Program-made: the position numbers and the translations under genes
In this document: one piece after another, positions 43,001 through 56,393 of the stretch
Position numbering within the stretch: position 1 is the first letter of the stretch
Layout of the letters: each line of letters begins with the position of its first letter
Source: Geosiphon pyriformis uo1
Lineage: Eukaryota > Fungi > Glomeromycota
DNA length: 64,000 nt
NCBI GenBank assembly: GCA_016748015.1
Contig: JAAOMT010000289.1
Coordinates: 383,639-447,638, forward strand
Reading direction: 5' to 3'
The notes under the pieces: generated by a model
Databases searched by the model: none
Told to the model about the DNA's origin: nothing
What the model saw: the letters and a program-made list of their open reading frames with translations, nothing else

Positions 43001-44841
43001 AAGCCAAGCATAGTTCATTGTTCTATTTTCCAATCCGTTTTGGCCTTCTAAAGTGTTTAATAATACATGGACAACAGTAGAATTTTGTTGCCAAAGTGTA
43101 CTCCTCATTGTCATCACAACAAGCATCTATTGATGACAATTTCTTGTTGTAATTAATGCATACCAGTTTTGGGTGACAATAAGTAGATCAGGGGGGAGGG
43201 AGGGGGAGGGAAAGGTGTAGTATAGGAATTATAAGTGGGTTTGCTGTCAGTTGTTGGTTTTTCTTCCTTCCCCTTTTCTTTTTCCTTTTTGTCTTCTTTT
43301 TATTCCCAATTTATTTGTTTTTCCTGGTCATTGTTAGTTTTTCAGGCTTGGTCAACTTTTCAGGTAAGTTTTTTGCTCTGCTTTCCTTTGCTGTTGTTGT
43401 CCCATGAAGGTACTGGTGACAGTTTGTTGTGTTCTGTGTTGGCCCAGGAGACTTGATAGACTTTCCAGGTAGGTTTTCTCTCTTCTTTCTCGAATTTGAT
43501 GAGTGGTGTTGTTGAGTTAGTGGTCTTAAAATGGCCACACATGGCTGATATGCATGTGTGTTAACTGTTTTGGCTCAGTTAGAGCTTTTGCATTGTCCAG
43601 TCCAGTATAGCATTGGTTTTAGATAACCAGTTATTTCCTACTAATATCTAATATTGGGTTGCTTCCATTACTAGAACTTTAATAGAAATGATGATGCCAT
43701 TGACTTCAAAAAGGAAGTCATCAATCTCACCAATAAAAGTTTTAATTGTTCCATTGGTGGTTATGATCCTGACACTGGCAGCGTGATTAACTTGGTAATC
43801 TAATTGGTCCATGAGTTGGTTTGTAATAATGCTGCCAGCTGATTCACTGTCTAGGATCAGTTTGATGAAATGGCCATCAACTTTGACATTAGTGTACATG
43901 GCAGTAATAGGTTTTTCTTTCAGAGTGGCTCCATTAAATAATGGCATGGTCGATGGTTTTTTGAGTTTAAACAAGAAAATGGCATCCAGTGATTCATTTT
44001 TGGTGATGGTAGCTGGTGGAATGTTGCTGATAAGTGTTAGATGTTGGTGGATTTCCAGATTATTGGATTGAGTGTCTTTTGGGGTAACTAGTAGACTTAA
44101 ATAGTTCTGGGAATTCAGGTTTTGGGTATATCCAGTGCCCAAATTCCATTGTCGAGATTCTGCTGGTTGTGTAGAAGAACTGGAGATCAGTTGGTAGACT
44201 ACCATCAACAATCTCCAGCTTTGTTGGGTCAATCTCAGCCTTTGGGTTCCGTTTTGAGGTAAGTTCTGTGATGGTGTTTGAATTTGTTGAGGCTGATAGA
44301 TTACCTGAGACTGTAGCTGATAAATGAGTTGTGACTGTGGTTGATAAATTGCTGGTGTTGTTGATTAATAAATTGGCATTTAATATACTGGTGGTTGATA
44401 AGATGGCTGCTGCATCATAGGTAAGTAATTCTAATGATATGGCTCTAAGTTTGGTGAGTTATTTGGAATTTGAAACTGGCAATTGAAGTTCCAATATTGA
44501 TTTCCCAATTGTTGATTATTTAAGTGATGGCACCAATCAATTTGTAAGTGTTCTTGTTTACCACAATAATGGCAAATGCGCATTTTCTGTTGCCACTGTT
44601 AATTGGTTGATAATGATAGATGTAACTGATTCTGGAAATGATTTATGTTTCTGGAATTATTGTGTCATTGTGGTGGTTAATAAATTGTGCAATTGTCAGC
44701 TAAATATCCCTCTAATTTCTGATTGATGGAATCACTAAATTGTTTCAATTTTGAAATCCAATTCAGATGATCCATTCATTACTAGATTAACAGCTTGGGC
44801 ATGGTTGGCTTCTAATTCAGTGGCTTCAAAATCTCTGGTGT
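40072..44841 (-). pseudogene. Element C gag C-terminus, protease, Cys insert, dUTPase, RT, RNase H
   Basis: ORF track 43648-44232 (LILDSES), 41907-42764 (dUTPase), 40531-41910 (RT, VIYLND) and 40168-40467 (RH). Confidence 0.92.
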
Positions 44842-44916
44842 TGTTACTCATAGAAATATAGGGAATATATATTAGCATAGTTATTAGCCAATCAGAAGTA
44901 GATGTAGTAAAATGTG

Positions 44917-45095
44917 GAATTCCAGGATTCCTCTCAGGAATTGCAGGATTCCAGGAATTACAGAATTCTCACAAAGAATCGCAGGATTCCAGAATTTCAG
45001 GATTCCTTTCAAAGAAATTGCAGGATTCCAAGAATTCCAGAATTTCTGTTGTAAAAAATTGAGGAATTGAGGAATCTCAATTATGTATATATAGC
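44917..45095 (+). promoter_or_regulatory. D-type LTR U3 motif array (GAAT(C/T)GCAGGATTC / GGAATTCC) plus TATA box
   Basis: Repeated (c)aggattcc and ggaatt units between a CCAAT box and tatatatag. Also present at 54141-54312 and, decayed, at 10828-10910. Confidence 0.75.
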
Positions 45096-45732
45096 AGTAG
45101 GATTAGAAGCTAAAAAGACAAACCTGCAAGTTTAGATATTTTTAGACAACTTTTTAAACACAATAAATAACTATTTGGTATTTCCAACCTAATTTTACTA
45201 TCAACACTCTATGTTGATAATAATTAATACTTAAACACACTGGAACAATAGCTCTTGATCATGGCTATTAACAGAATACTGACTTGTAAAATTACTTTGA
45301 CTTATTTATGATTTTCTTTTATTTCTTTTTTTTATTTTATTTTGATTTTATTGTTGTGCACTAATTAGTTGAATAAAGTGCTAGATTACTGACGTCAAAA
45401 ATTGCCTGGTAAAAGACCCCTGCAAGAGGGTAGGACACATACAGAAAATACAGAATACTTACCAGAGGATTGCTGGCCATCATGCTGAGAGAAGAATTGA
45501 CAGAATTGCAATTCTAGAAAGCTATGAATAAAACAATGATTGAATCTTTGTCCATTATACAAAGAACTCAAACTGAAACCTTCAGATATAATAACATCAA
45601 TGTAAATAACTTTTAGCACCAAGTTACAGGTTTGTTATTTGATTCAACATCCCAAATAATCACTTGTAACATTTGGTGCTCCCTGTAAGGTATAATCCTA
45701 CAGAGAACCAGCACCAACAACCCCATCCAAAA

Positions 45733-48700
45733 GTGGCAGAATCAGAAAATGTTGAAGCAAACTATTTAGGATTTGCGAAATCCTTATTTCAACATTACTG
45801 TCAACATTTGAGATTAACCCATAATCACATATCAGCAGAATCAGCTTTTAATTTCTATGTCAACAAAAAGATTGCCTATCTGTTGGGAACATTAGTGAAT
45901 ATCAAATCAGTGAGAGAAACTTTTTACAACAAATTAATTCAAAACCCCAGCCTACTCACAAATCATAATTTTGCATCTATCATTACTAAGATCAACAAAA
46001 AAATTAAACACCACACACAGCAAAGATACCCAATTATATACACAAGTAAAGGCAAAAGAAAACTACAAACACCAGCAGTAACACCTTAAAGGATACAACC
46101 ACCCACTTGGAAGAAAACTAGAGTTAAGTCACCAAACAATTCATCCTACTACTATATCCCTGGAAGTGCTATCAATATATCATTAACAGATGTGTTTGCA
46201 TCAAATGTGACATCAATATTTGAATGTTTCTCATTTCGAACTAAACAAAAAAAAAAGGATTTACTAGGACCATATGGCAAGTATTTTGAAGGATTTAAAT
46301 CTTGATCACCAATGTCATCAGAATTTCGATTACCATCATCTCAACTGAATTTTGGAACTGCGAGTTCATGAGAAATTACTGAATCAGAAGGAGGACAAGA
46401 AGTAGAAAAGGAAGAAAAATCTGAGGATCATAAATTTACTTATCAAAACCCAATTCTAGAAAACCCAGAAAGTGAAACTCCAAACCTTCAAATCCAGCCA
46501 AATTTAGACAATCAGGAAAATGACACTCCGAATATTCAAACACCACCAAATCAGAACAATCCAAATCCTGAAGTAATTAATCAATACTTATCTCCAGTTA
46601 TCGTCATCAATCAACCACCCGTTGAATCAATTGGCCAGTCCATCCAACCACAGAACCAACAAAATCAACAACTGCCACCAGTACCGTCTCAACAACAACA
46701 ACAACTTTCACCACCACAGCAACAACAAATGGCTTACACACCCATCACGAAACTTGACAAATTCAATAGTGAAGAAGATGACATCCAAGTCTGGTTAAAT
46801 GACATAGCCAAAGCCATTACAGCCAATAATTGGAATGATGCTAGAGCAATGCAAGTGATCTTTTACTTTTTCCAGGATACCACTGATGTATGATATTAAA
46901 GTCTCACTGTCAAATCCCAAAATTTTAATGAATTCAAAACTGAATTCTTGTGGTACTTTAGCAACAATAATAGTATTAACAAATTAGCCAACACCTTTAC
47001 AATGATCAGACAAAGAGACACTGAAGCAGTCACTACCTACTTGGGATGCTTCCATAGAAATCTACGCCAAATACAAGCCATCCAAGCTGACTATTTTATA
47101 GTGCCACAGATTTTAAATCAATTTATTAGAGGATTGTACAGTAGCATCCTACAATGAGTACATCCAATGCACCCAGTGGACCTTCCAACTGCAGTTATAT
47201 ATGTCAAAGATTTTGAAGCAGCTGAACTAGAAGCTAATCACACTCAAGCTGTGAATCTAGCAATGAATAAATTATCTGAATTGAATTCCAAATTGAAGCA
47301 ATTCAGTAATTTAATTAATCAGAAATTAGAGGGATACTTAGCTGACAATTGCATGATTTATCAACCTTCTTAATGGCATAACAATCAGGGAAACGCAAAT
47401 TGTTTCTAAAATCAGTCATGTCCATCATTGTCATCCAATCAGTTGTGACAGCCAGAGATGCGCGTCTGCCACAACTGTGGTAAACAAGAACACATCAGAG
47501 CCAACTGCCATACTTATAGCAATTCAAGATTGAGAAATCAATATAGAAACCCTGATCACTGGTTCCAGACTCTGAACCATCACCCGAATCAAGACCAATA
47601 CCAATCCACTTACTTGTTTATGACACACCAACCAATTTATCAATCACCAGTCTATCAAACTTCAGTTTATCAACCACCACCACAAACAATTTATCAGGTG
47701 CAGTCACAAGTAATATATCAACCACAGCCACCAGCAATTTATCAAACACCCACCATTCAAACACCACCAGCAAACCCAGCTCAAATGACATCAGGGAATC
47801 CAAGATTGAGGATCACCCAAAACTGGAGATCAGCGATGATTGTACATTAACCAATCTCCAGCTCTTTCCACTAACAATCAGGATCTTGTCAGTAGAATTC
47901 AGGCACTGGTCCCACCCAAAACCCGAATTCCCAATATTATTTAAGCCTTCTGGTGACTCCAGAAGACACCACATTCAGTAATCAGGAAATCGAACAACAA
48001 CAACCACCTATCAATAATATCTCACCTGCTACAATCACCAAAAATGAATCTTTGGATGCCATCTTTTTATTCGAACTTGAGGAACCATTAGATATGCCAT
48101 TATTTAGTGAAGCAGCCCTTGAAGAAAAACCGATCATGGCCATGTACACTGACGCCAAGATCAATAGCCACTTCATTAAATTAATCTTTGACAGTGGTTC
48201 AATAGACAGCATCATTACATGACAACTCATGGATCAATTAGGTCACCAAGTTGATTGCACTGCCAGTGCCAGGATTATCACCGTGGATGGAGCCACCAAA
48301 ATCCCAATTGGCAAAATTGATGACTTCCCAATTGAAGTCAATGGCATTGTAGTACCCATCAAAGTTCTGGTGATGGAAGCCATCCAATACCAAGCTTTAG
48401 TTGGTAATGACTGGCTATTCAAAACCAATACTATGCTCAATTGAATGACTCAAGAACTAGTATTCAGCCAAAATAGTTAACACACACAAGAACCAGCAAT
48501 ATGTGGTTACTTCAAAGCTACCAATACCACAGCATCACTAATTGACATTGAAAAAGAAAAACCAAAACCTACCTGGGAAGCGTATCAAGTCTCATGGGCC
48601 GATGAAGAACACAATGAGCTACTGCCAATACTCTTATGGGATGACAATGACAAAGGAAAACAGAAGGAAACAGAACTTACCTGGAACACTGACCAAACCT

Positions 48701-51700
48701 GGGAAACCAATCAAGATTTAGAAGAACCACCAAGTTGGGAATGGGAGGAGAGAGAAAAAGGGAAAAAAAAAGGGAAAAAAAAAACAACACCTATCAGCAC
48801 TACTATTTATAATTCATACACTGACTCATCACTACCAATTAATTATCATTGACCAAAGCTAATATGTGTTGATTGCGGCAAGAAGTTGTTATTAATGGGC
48901 ACATGCTATGGTGACGACAAGAAATATGTGACAGCAATCCAATTCTACTGCCACATGTGCATCATAGAATGGTTTGGACAACCAAAGAAAAAAAGAAAAT
49001 AAGACAACAAACCTTGCCTAGCTTGTGGAAAGACACTACTTAACAAAAGAATGTGGAATGATATTCCTGGCCAAGGAGGAACATGCAACAAATCATGCCA
49101 ATACATGATTCTCATTAGCAACTGGATTAGGAAAGAGACACCAATCAAAGCTGCTTGGAGAAGGGCCATGCAACAATTGGATAGTTGTCCACACAACAAT
49201 GACAAAATCTGGTGAATGGCTATTGCCAAAATAGAAGAAGCAATATCCAAAGAAATCAGAAAGATTAAAAACAATCCACCAGAATCCATAGAACTTGACT
49301 GGAACCCAGAACCAGTCATAAATTTTCTAGACCCAGAACAATTCCATGAACACTACCAGGAATTGGCACCAACTAGAGAAGAACAAGAACAATGGCTAGA
49401 AAAATTGAATATCAGACTATGTCAATATTGTTTAATTCCCAGCAATTTTGAATATTGTAATAAATGTGACCTCATGTACAATCCACTGATCCACATAATC
49501 TACACAATCCCAGAGGAAGAGGAACCAATCAGCAGCTGCACATCAGAATCAGAATTATCATTCGATCCCAATTCAAACTCCGACAATGATGATAATGAAA
49601 ACACTGGTTCCAGCTCCATCCAATATGACAATAATGATAACAACAATTCCAACTCAGATTCAAACTTTGATTTAAAATATGAACAATATATCACAATCCC
49701 TGACCTCACAAAGGAACAAGAACTTAAATAGTTCAGTGATAATAATGAAGGTATTATACCAGAACATGTACATGATACTGATGTCAGGTTTGATCTAAGG
49801 TATTCAGAAAAAGATGCCATCAAATTGGAACCACATTCATGCATCTGTATTAATTTGAAAATAGCACTGGAAATTTCGGCAACAACAATAGTTCAATTAG
49901 CATCTAGAAGTAGTCTAGCAAAAAGAGGGATAAATATCAGAGAAGGAATAATTAACATGAGATATGTAGGAAATATCATCGCCATGCTACAAAATGATTC
50001 AGAAAAGGCTTATATTATAGAGCCAAATAAAAAGATAACACAGGCAATATTCCTGCTTTTGGTTAAAGTAGCTCAATTAGTATCAGTGGAAAACAGAGAA
50101 AAACTAGGGATAACAGCAAGAGGGATACAGGGATTCAGATCCACAGATAGAATAGATATACCAGTCAATATGGCAGAAGAAGAAATTGTTGGCCAAGGAG
50201 AAATTGTCTCAACCAGTCAAACAATTTCCATTGCATCATATGACCAGTACATGTTAGCAATAAAGAGGAGAATAAAGGATCAAGCACAGATTTTTGAAGC
50301 AGAAGCAACCCTTTGTGAATCAGGAAAGATTGGATTTATCAATCTCCATATACTCGCCAAGAGCCACAACCATATCAAAATTCCCATCTACAATACAACA
50401 GGAGATGCCATCACAATACCAGAAGGAACTATCATTGGATACCTGAGCACTGAATTAAAAGATCAACCACCAAGCATTGTTCCAGATTTTCTACAGCTTT
50501 ATAGATATGTGGATATTACATCACAAACAATATATGAACAAAACGAATGTTATTTGTTTCAACCAGAACAATTGGAACAAATGAACATGGGAAACTTAGA
50601 TCCACTTCAATATATGCAGCTTAAGATGTTGCTTAATAATTTTAATAACATTTTTGCCAGTGAAAACAAATTTGGCAGAACTGACATCATCCAACACCAG
50701 ATAAAAACTGGAAATACAATACCAATCAAACAAAGAGCATACAGAGTACCACCAGCCAGCCATGAGATTATCTATCAAGAGATCAATTGAATGCTTGACA
50801 ATAGGCTAATTCAGCCATCAATGAGTCCATAGTTGTTACCAGTAGTACTCGTCCATAAAAAGAATGGGAAGATCCGTTTTTGTGTGGATTACAGAAAACT
50901 CAATGATGCAACTTATGAAGACAGTTACCCAACTCCATAGATACAAGAATTATTCGATGCTTTTGGTGGAAACAAATGGTTCTCAACACTAGACTTAGAC
51001 AGTGGTTACTGGCAAGTAGCCATGAATCCAGCAGACAAAGAAAAGATGACATTCACTACTAGGGAAGAGAATTTCAAATTTGAAGTAATATCATTTGACT
51101 TAACCAATACACCAGCCACTTTTCAGCAATTAATGGAAATTGTTTACACCAGCTTATTGTGAAAATCAGTAGTAGTATATCTAGATGATACCAATGTGTT
51201 CTCAAGGACATTTGATGATCATCTCCATTATTTCCAGCAAGTGTTTGAAAGACTACAACAAGCAGAACTAAAGTTGAATGCCACTAAATGTTTTTTTGAC
51301 AAAACAGAACTGAAATTTTTGGGACATATAGTCAGTAAAGAGGGCATTAAAACAGATCCAGAAAAAATAGAGATAGTAAAGAACTTTCCAGTACCAACTA
51401 ATGTGATGGAACTAAAATCATTCTTGAGATTTGCTAGCTATTATCAATGCTTTATTAAGAACTTTTCAAAGATAGCTCAGCCACTCAATCATCTCCAAAC
51501 CAAGATTGTGAAATATGAATGGACCAAAACTCAATAAGAAGCTTTTGACATCCTAAAAAGAAAGCTCATTCAAGCTCCAGTATTAATATATCCAGATCAT
51601 AGTAAACTATTTATCATTACTACCAATGCATTAGGTCAAGCATTGGGAGCAGTACTATCTTAGAGAGGACCAGATGGAAGAGAACATCCAGTAGCATATG

Positions 51701-51980
51701 TCAGTTGAGGTTTAACTCCAGCCAAAAAAACTATGGAACACCAGAATTAGAACATTTAGCAATCTATTGGACAGTTATGAAATGGAAAAAATACTTGAGC
51801 CAGAAGTTTGAAGTGTATACAGATCACAAAGAACTGACATCACTCCAGAAACAAAAATTTGGAGATAGCAGACAATCAAGATGAAAAATGGCACTCTCAC
51901 TATATACTTATATTATACATTATAAAAAGGGAAAAAACAATGGAAATGCTGACGGTTTGTTATGAATAAAACAAATCTAA
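45733..51980 (+). pseudogene. Element D gag-PR-Cys insert-dUTPase-dUTPase-like-RT-RH in one reading frame (disrupted by stops)
   Basis: ORF-track fragments from 45673 to 51537 all share one frame. CHNCGKQEH knuckle, LIFDSGS, SRSSLAKRG...RGIQGFRST, intact YLDD at ~51178. Ends KQI-TAA at 51978. Confidence 0.93.
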
Positions 51981-52010
51981 GAACATTTTAACCCAAAAAT
52001 ATAACAAAAG

Positions 52011-53411
52011 ATGAATACACAAAAATATTAACAACTTCAACATTATATAGATACTTAACAGTTCAAGGAGAAATTATCTCAACTGGAACAAAAAAGGATC
52101 AAACAACAATCCAAATATTTTATTACTCACCAAAATATACTTTATTGGAAAAATAGAAAAGATTCAGATCAACCAACCAGAGTAATTACAGAACCAGAAA
52201 AGAAGACAATACTGTTCAACATGCACTCAGATCCAACTGCAGGACATTTTCATAAAGAAGTAACCATGGAAAGAACCAGAAAAAGATACTATTAGCCATT
52301 AATGTATCCAGACATCATCCAATATATGCAAAATTGTGATGCTTGTCAAAGAAGAGGAGGAACAAGATCCAGCGAACCATTGAGACCAATCAAAGTGAGA
52401 CAACCATTTGACCATATTGGAATCAATTTAGTCGGACCATTGACAATTACCAACAGAGGCAACAGATATATTGCAGTAGCCATGAATTATCTTACTAAAT
52501 GGCCAGAAGCCAAAGCAATTCAAAGAGCAGATGCAGAATCTGTTGCCAAATTTGTCCATCAAGATCTGATTTGTCGACATGGATGTTCAAAAGAACTATT
52601 ATCAGACCAAGAAACCCATTTTGTGAATAGAACTAAGCCAAAGATTCGGAATTAAGAGACCACTATCATCACTATACCATCTACAAACCAATGGATTAGT
52701 TGAAAGATTTAATAGAACATTGTGTAAAGCAATAGTGAAACTCAGCTAAAAAAACCAGGACAAATAGAATTTGTTCATATCATCAGTATTATTTGCTTAT
52801 CGGACAATAAAGCAAGACACCACACAAGCAACACCATTTGAATTGATATACAGTAGAACAGCAACATTACCAGTTGAGATAGAGGTTAACACATATCCAA
52901 CTAAACCAATAACAGAAAAGAATTTCCAAGAAACATTGTTAAGAAAAACATATGACTTAATGGAAACATTGGAAAACAAACGAAGAAAAACAGCTGATAA
53001 TATACAAAAGTCACAAGAAAAACAGAAAAAAAGACATGATAATTAACTACCAGACAAACCAGTTGAATTCAAGATTGGAGACAAAGTACTCTTACATTAT
53101 ACCAAAACGGAAAAACAATGGAGTGGAAAATTCAACCCCAAATGGAATGGACCATTTCACATAGAAGAAATTCTAGGGAATAGAGCTTACAAATTAAGAC
53201 TGGATAACAAAATCTTAACCAAAGCAGCACATGGAAATCAACTGAAACCATATCACAACATTACACTACCATCCACCAGTAATATTCCACAATTAGGAGT
53301 ACAGAAGATACTAGTCCAACCAGAGGAGATTTCATGAGATCTGGAACCAATTATTATCATTGACAACAACATGTTAATTAATTCATCAAAAGAATATATA
53401 AAGACATGATA
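52011..53411 (+). pseudogene. Element D integrase
   Basis: ATG at 52011 is in frame with the HHCC domain and the 52302 ORF. DDE core and WNGPF module present; the end is approximate. Confidence 0.9.
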
Positions 53412-53435
53412 AATGCAACAAAAAATATCAGAAAA

Positions 53436-54053
53436 ATGGAAATTACAGACAAAATCTACTCACTAGCACAACAACTCTTTCAATTGATTCAACACCAAGA
53501 GATAGAAATTACAATTAATCAACAAACCATCTAATATCAAGACACTAAAAAGACATCAACACATAGAACACAGAAGAAAACAGAAAATACCATTGACAAA
53601 ATTATGGCAAAAGTAAAATTAGCAATAAAAGAGTCACTATACCAAAAGTTAACTAAAAAAACTTGGAATTAGTGGATACAACAATTTTTAAGAAACTATT
53701 GTTATTTTTACTTGGAACAACACGTGAATATCCAGAATCTATATATGGATAAAACAAAGCAATTATTTGATACCAGAATACTACAACAATTAGAACATTT
53801 TGTGGAAAAAAACAACTTAACCACACAGGCCTGAGCCATATACTGAATACACACAGCATTTTAGAATCAACCAGAAATCTTACTTAATAAAGCAAAAGAC
53901 ATGGTTACCAGTAATCAATTAGAAAAAATCACCAACACTCAATTTGAAAAATTACAGACTCAAATAACACAAGTAATTCTCGAAAATGAAATTCAGGAAA
54001 TACTTCAAGAAGAAGAATTAGCAGAATTGGATTTTGATAAAGCTTAATATTAA
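53436..54053 (+). pseudogene. Element D ORF3
   Basis: Intact ATG GAA ATT at 53436, ~35 nt after TATATAAAG (53395). MEITDKIYSLAQQLFQLIQHQEIEITINQQTI...YFYLEQHVNIQNLYMDK...QPEI; frameshifted. Confidence 0.8.
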
Positions 54054-54919
54054 AAGGAGGGAATAATGTTACTCATAGAAATATAGGGAATATATATTAG
54101 CATAGTTATTAGCCAATCAGAAGTAGACATAGTAAAATGTGGAATTCCAGGATTCCTTTCAGGAATTGCAGGATTCCAGGAATTACAGGATTCTCACAAA
54201 AAATTGCAGAATTTCAGAATTTCAGGATTCCTTTCAAAGAAATTGCAGGATTCCAGAAATTCCAAGATTCCTGTTGTAAAGAATTGAGGAATTGAGGAAT
54301 TGAGAAATCTCAATTATGTATATATAGCAGTAGAATTAGAAGCTAAAAAAACAGACCTTTAAGTTTAGATTTTTTTAGACAACCTTCCAAACACAATAAA
54401 TAACTATTTGGTATCTCCAACCTAATTCTACTATCAACATGGAGTGTTGATAGTAATTGATACTTAAACATACTGGAACAATAGCTCTTAATCATGGCTA
54501 TTGACAGAATACTGACTTGCAAAATTGCCTTGGCTTATTTATAATTTTCTTTTATTTCTTTTCTTTATTTTATTTTGATTTTATTGTTGTGTACTAATTG
54601 GTTGAATAAAGTGCTAGATTACTGATGTCAAAGATTGCTTGGTAAAAGACTCCTGCGAGAGGATAGGACACATACAGAAGATACAGAATACTTACCAAAG
54701 AATTGCTGGCTATTATGCCAAGAGAAGAATTGATAAAATTGCAATTCTGGAAAGCTACGGATAAAACAACAATTGAATCTCTGTCTATTATACAAAGAAC
54801 TCAAACTGAAACTTTCAGATACAAAACCTTCAGATACAATAACATTAATGCAAATAACTTTTAGCACCAAGTTACAGATTTGTTATTTGATTCAACATCT
54901 CAAATAATTACTCATAACA

Positions 54920-56393
54920 GCATTTGTGACAGCTGTTTACAGATTGATGGGATGCATTAAATGTATGTGTTGCACAATGCTATTGCATAATCCGCAAATA
55001 AACTGATTTAGAATCTTGGCCACTGTAAAATAATTGGCATCGATGACTTGGATCTGATGCAAATTTCTGTAGAAGTGTCCTAAGTAAGTAGTAACTGCTT
55101 CATTTTCTCCTTGTTTGATGATAGTGAAGGTGTTTGCTAGTCTGTTAATGCTATTATTATTGCTGAAGTATCTTAAGAACTCAATTTTGAATGCATTAAA
55201 ATCTTGGAGTTTGTTAACTAGGCTTTAATATCATAAATCAGTGGTATCTTGGAGAAAATATGGGATGGCTTGCATGACTCTGGCATTATTTCATCCATTA
55301 GTTGCAATGGCTTTTTTTACATCATTTAGCCATACTTGGGTGTTGTCCTCTTTGCCAGTGAATTTCTTGAGTTTTGCTATTGGAATGTAGGCCATTGGAT
55401 CCAAGTTTGGTTGTTGAAGTTGTTGTTATGGCTGTAAAAGTGGTTGCTGTGGTAGTTGAGGTGGTTGAAGTGGCTGTTATTGCTATTTGTTGATTGGTAG
55501 AGCTGGGGGTAAATTGATCACGATTACTGGAGATAAGTGTTGTTGATTATTGATGTTAGGGTTTTGATCATTCTGCTCGTGTTGCATTTGAAAATTTGGA
55601 GTTTCAATTTCCAGATTTTCAGTGATCAGGTTCTGGTAAGTAAATTCTTGATCTTCGGATTTTTCTTCCTTTTTTTTTGGTCTTCTTCTGATTCCGTTAC
55701 TTTTCAGAAACTCATGGTTTTAAAATCTGGTTGGGGTAGTGAAAATCAGAGTCCTGATGGTATAGACAATTAAGACTTAAATCTTTTGAAATACACACCA
55801 TATGGTCTTAGAAAATCTTCTTTCCTTTGTTTACTCTGAAATAGAAATTGTCCAAAGGTTGATGTCATGTTTGATGTGGATGTGCCTGTTGATGTAATAT
55901 TGATGACACTTCTGGGTATATAATAGTATGATGGATTAGTTGGTGATTCAACTCTTGTTTTTTTCCAAGTGGATGGTTGTATCCTTTGAGGTGTTACTAC
56001 TAGTGTTTGTAATTTTTCTTTGCCTTTGTTTGTGTAGGTAATTGGATATCTTTGTTGAGTGTGAATTTCAATTTCCTTATTGATTTCAGTAAAGATTGCT
56101 GTGAAATTGTAATTTGTTAGTAGGCTGGTATTCTGGATTAATTTGTTGTAGAAGTTTCTTCTGGCTGAGTCAGTTTCTACTGGTACTTTTAGTAAATATG
56201 AGATTCTCTCGTGGACATAGAAATTGAAAGCTGATTCTGCTGATAAGTGGTTGTTAGTTAATCCTAAATATTGATAGTAGTCTTGGAATAAGGATTTTGC
56301 AAATCCTAAATGGTTTGTTCCTGTTTCTTCAGATTCTGTCACTGTTTGAATGGGTGTTATTAATGCTAGTTTTCTGTAGAATTATACCTTACA
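54920..56393 (-). pseudogene. Element C gag N-terminal half
   Basis: ORF 55770-56342 (NHLGFAKSLFQ...SAESAFNFY) and capsid MAYIPIAKLKKFTG at ~55396. Confidence 0.88.

Larger units (their letters stand above)
44842..54919 (+). mobile_element. Full-length degenerate Ty3/Gypsy LTR retrotransposon D (5'LTR 44842-45671, 3'LTR 54067-54919)
   Basis: Direct LTRs with TG...CA ends, PBS tttggtgctccctg at 45672, PPT aaaaggagggaataa at ~54052-54066 and flanks gtgt/gcat. Confidence 0.97.

Noticed and set aside
43190-43215. G-rich tract as a regulatory G-quadruplex or internal PPT
   Set aside because: It is the antisense of Pro codons in element C's spacer and is absent from the other copies.
44917-45080. 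Heat-shock elements (nGAAn arrays) in the D LTR
   Set aside because: Only isolated TTCnnGAA pairs occur; the spacing does not give canonical triple inverted units.
45672-45690. Assigning a specific primer tRNA to the PBS
   Set aside because: TGGTGCTCC fits a tRNA ending GGAGCACCA (Thr- or Ile-like), but the isotype cannot be fixed without the host tRNA set.
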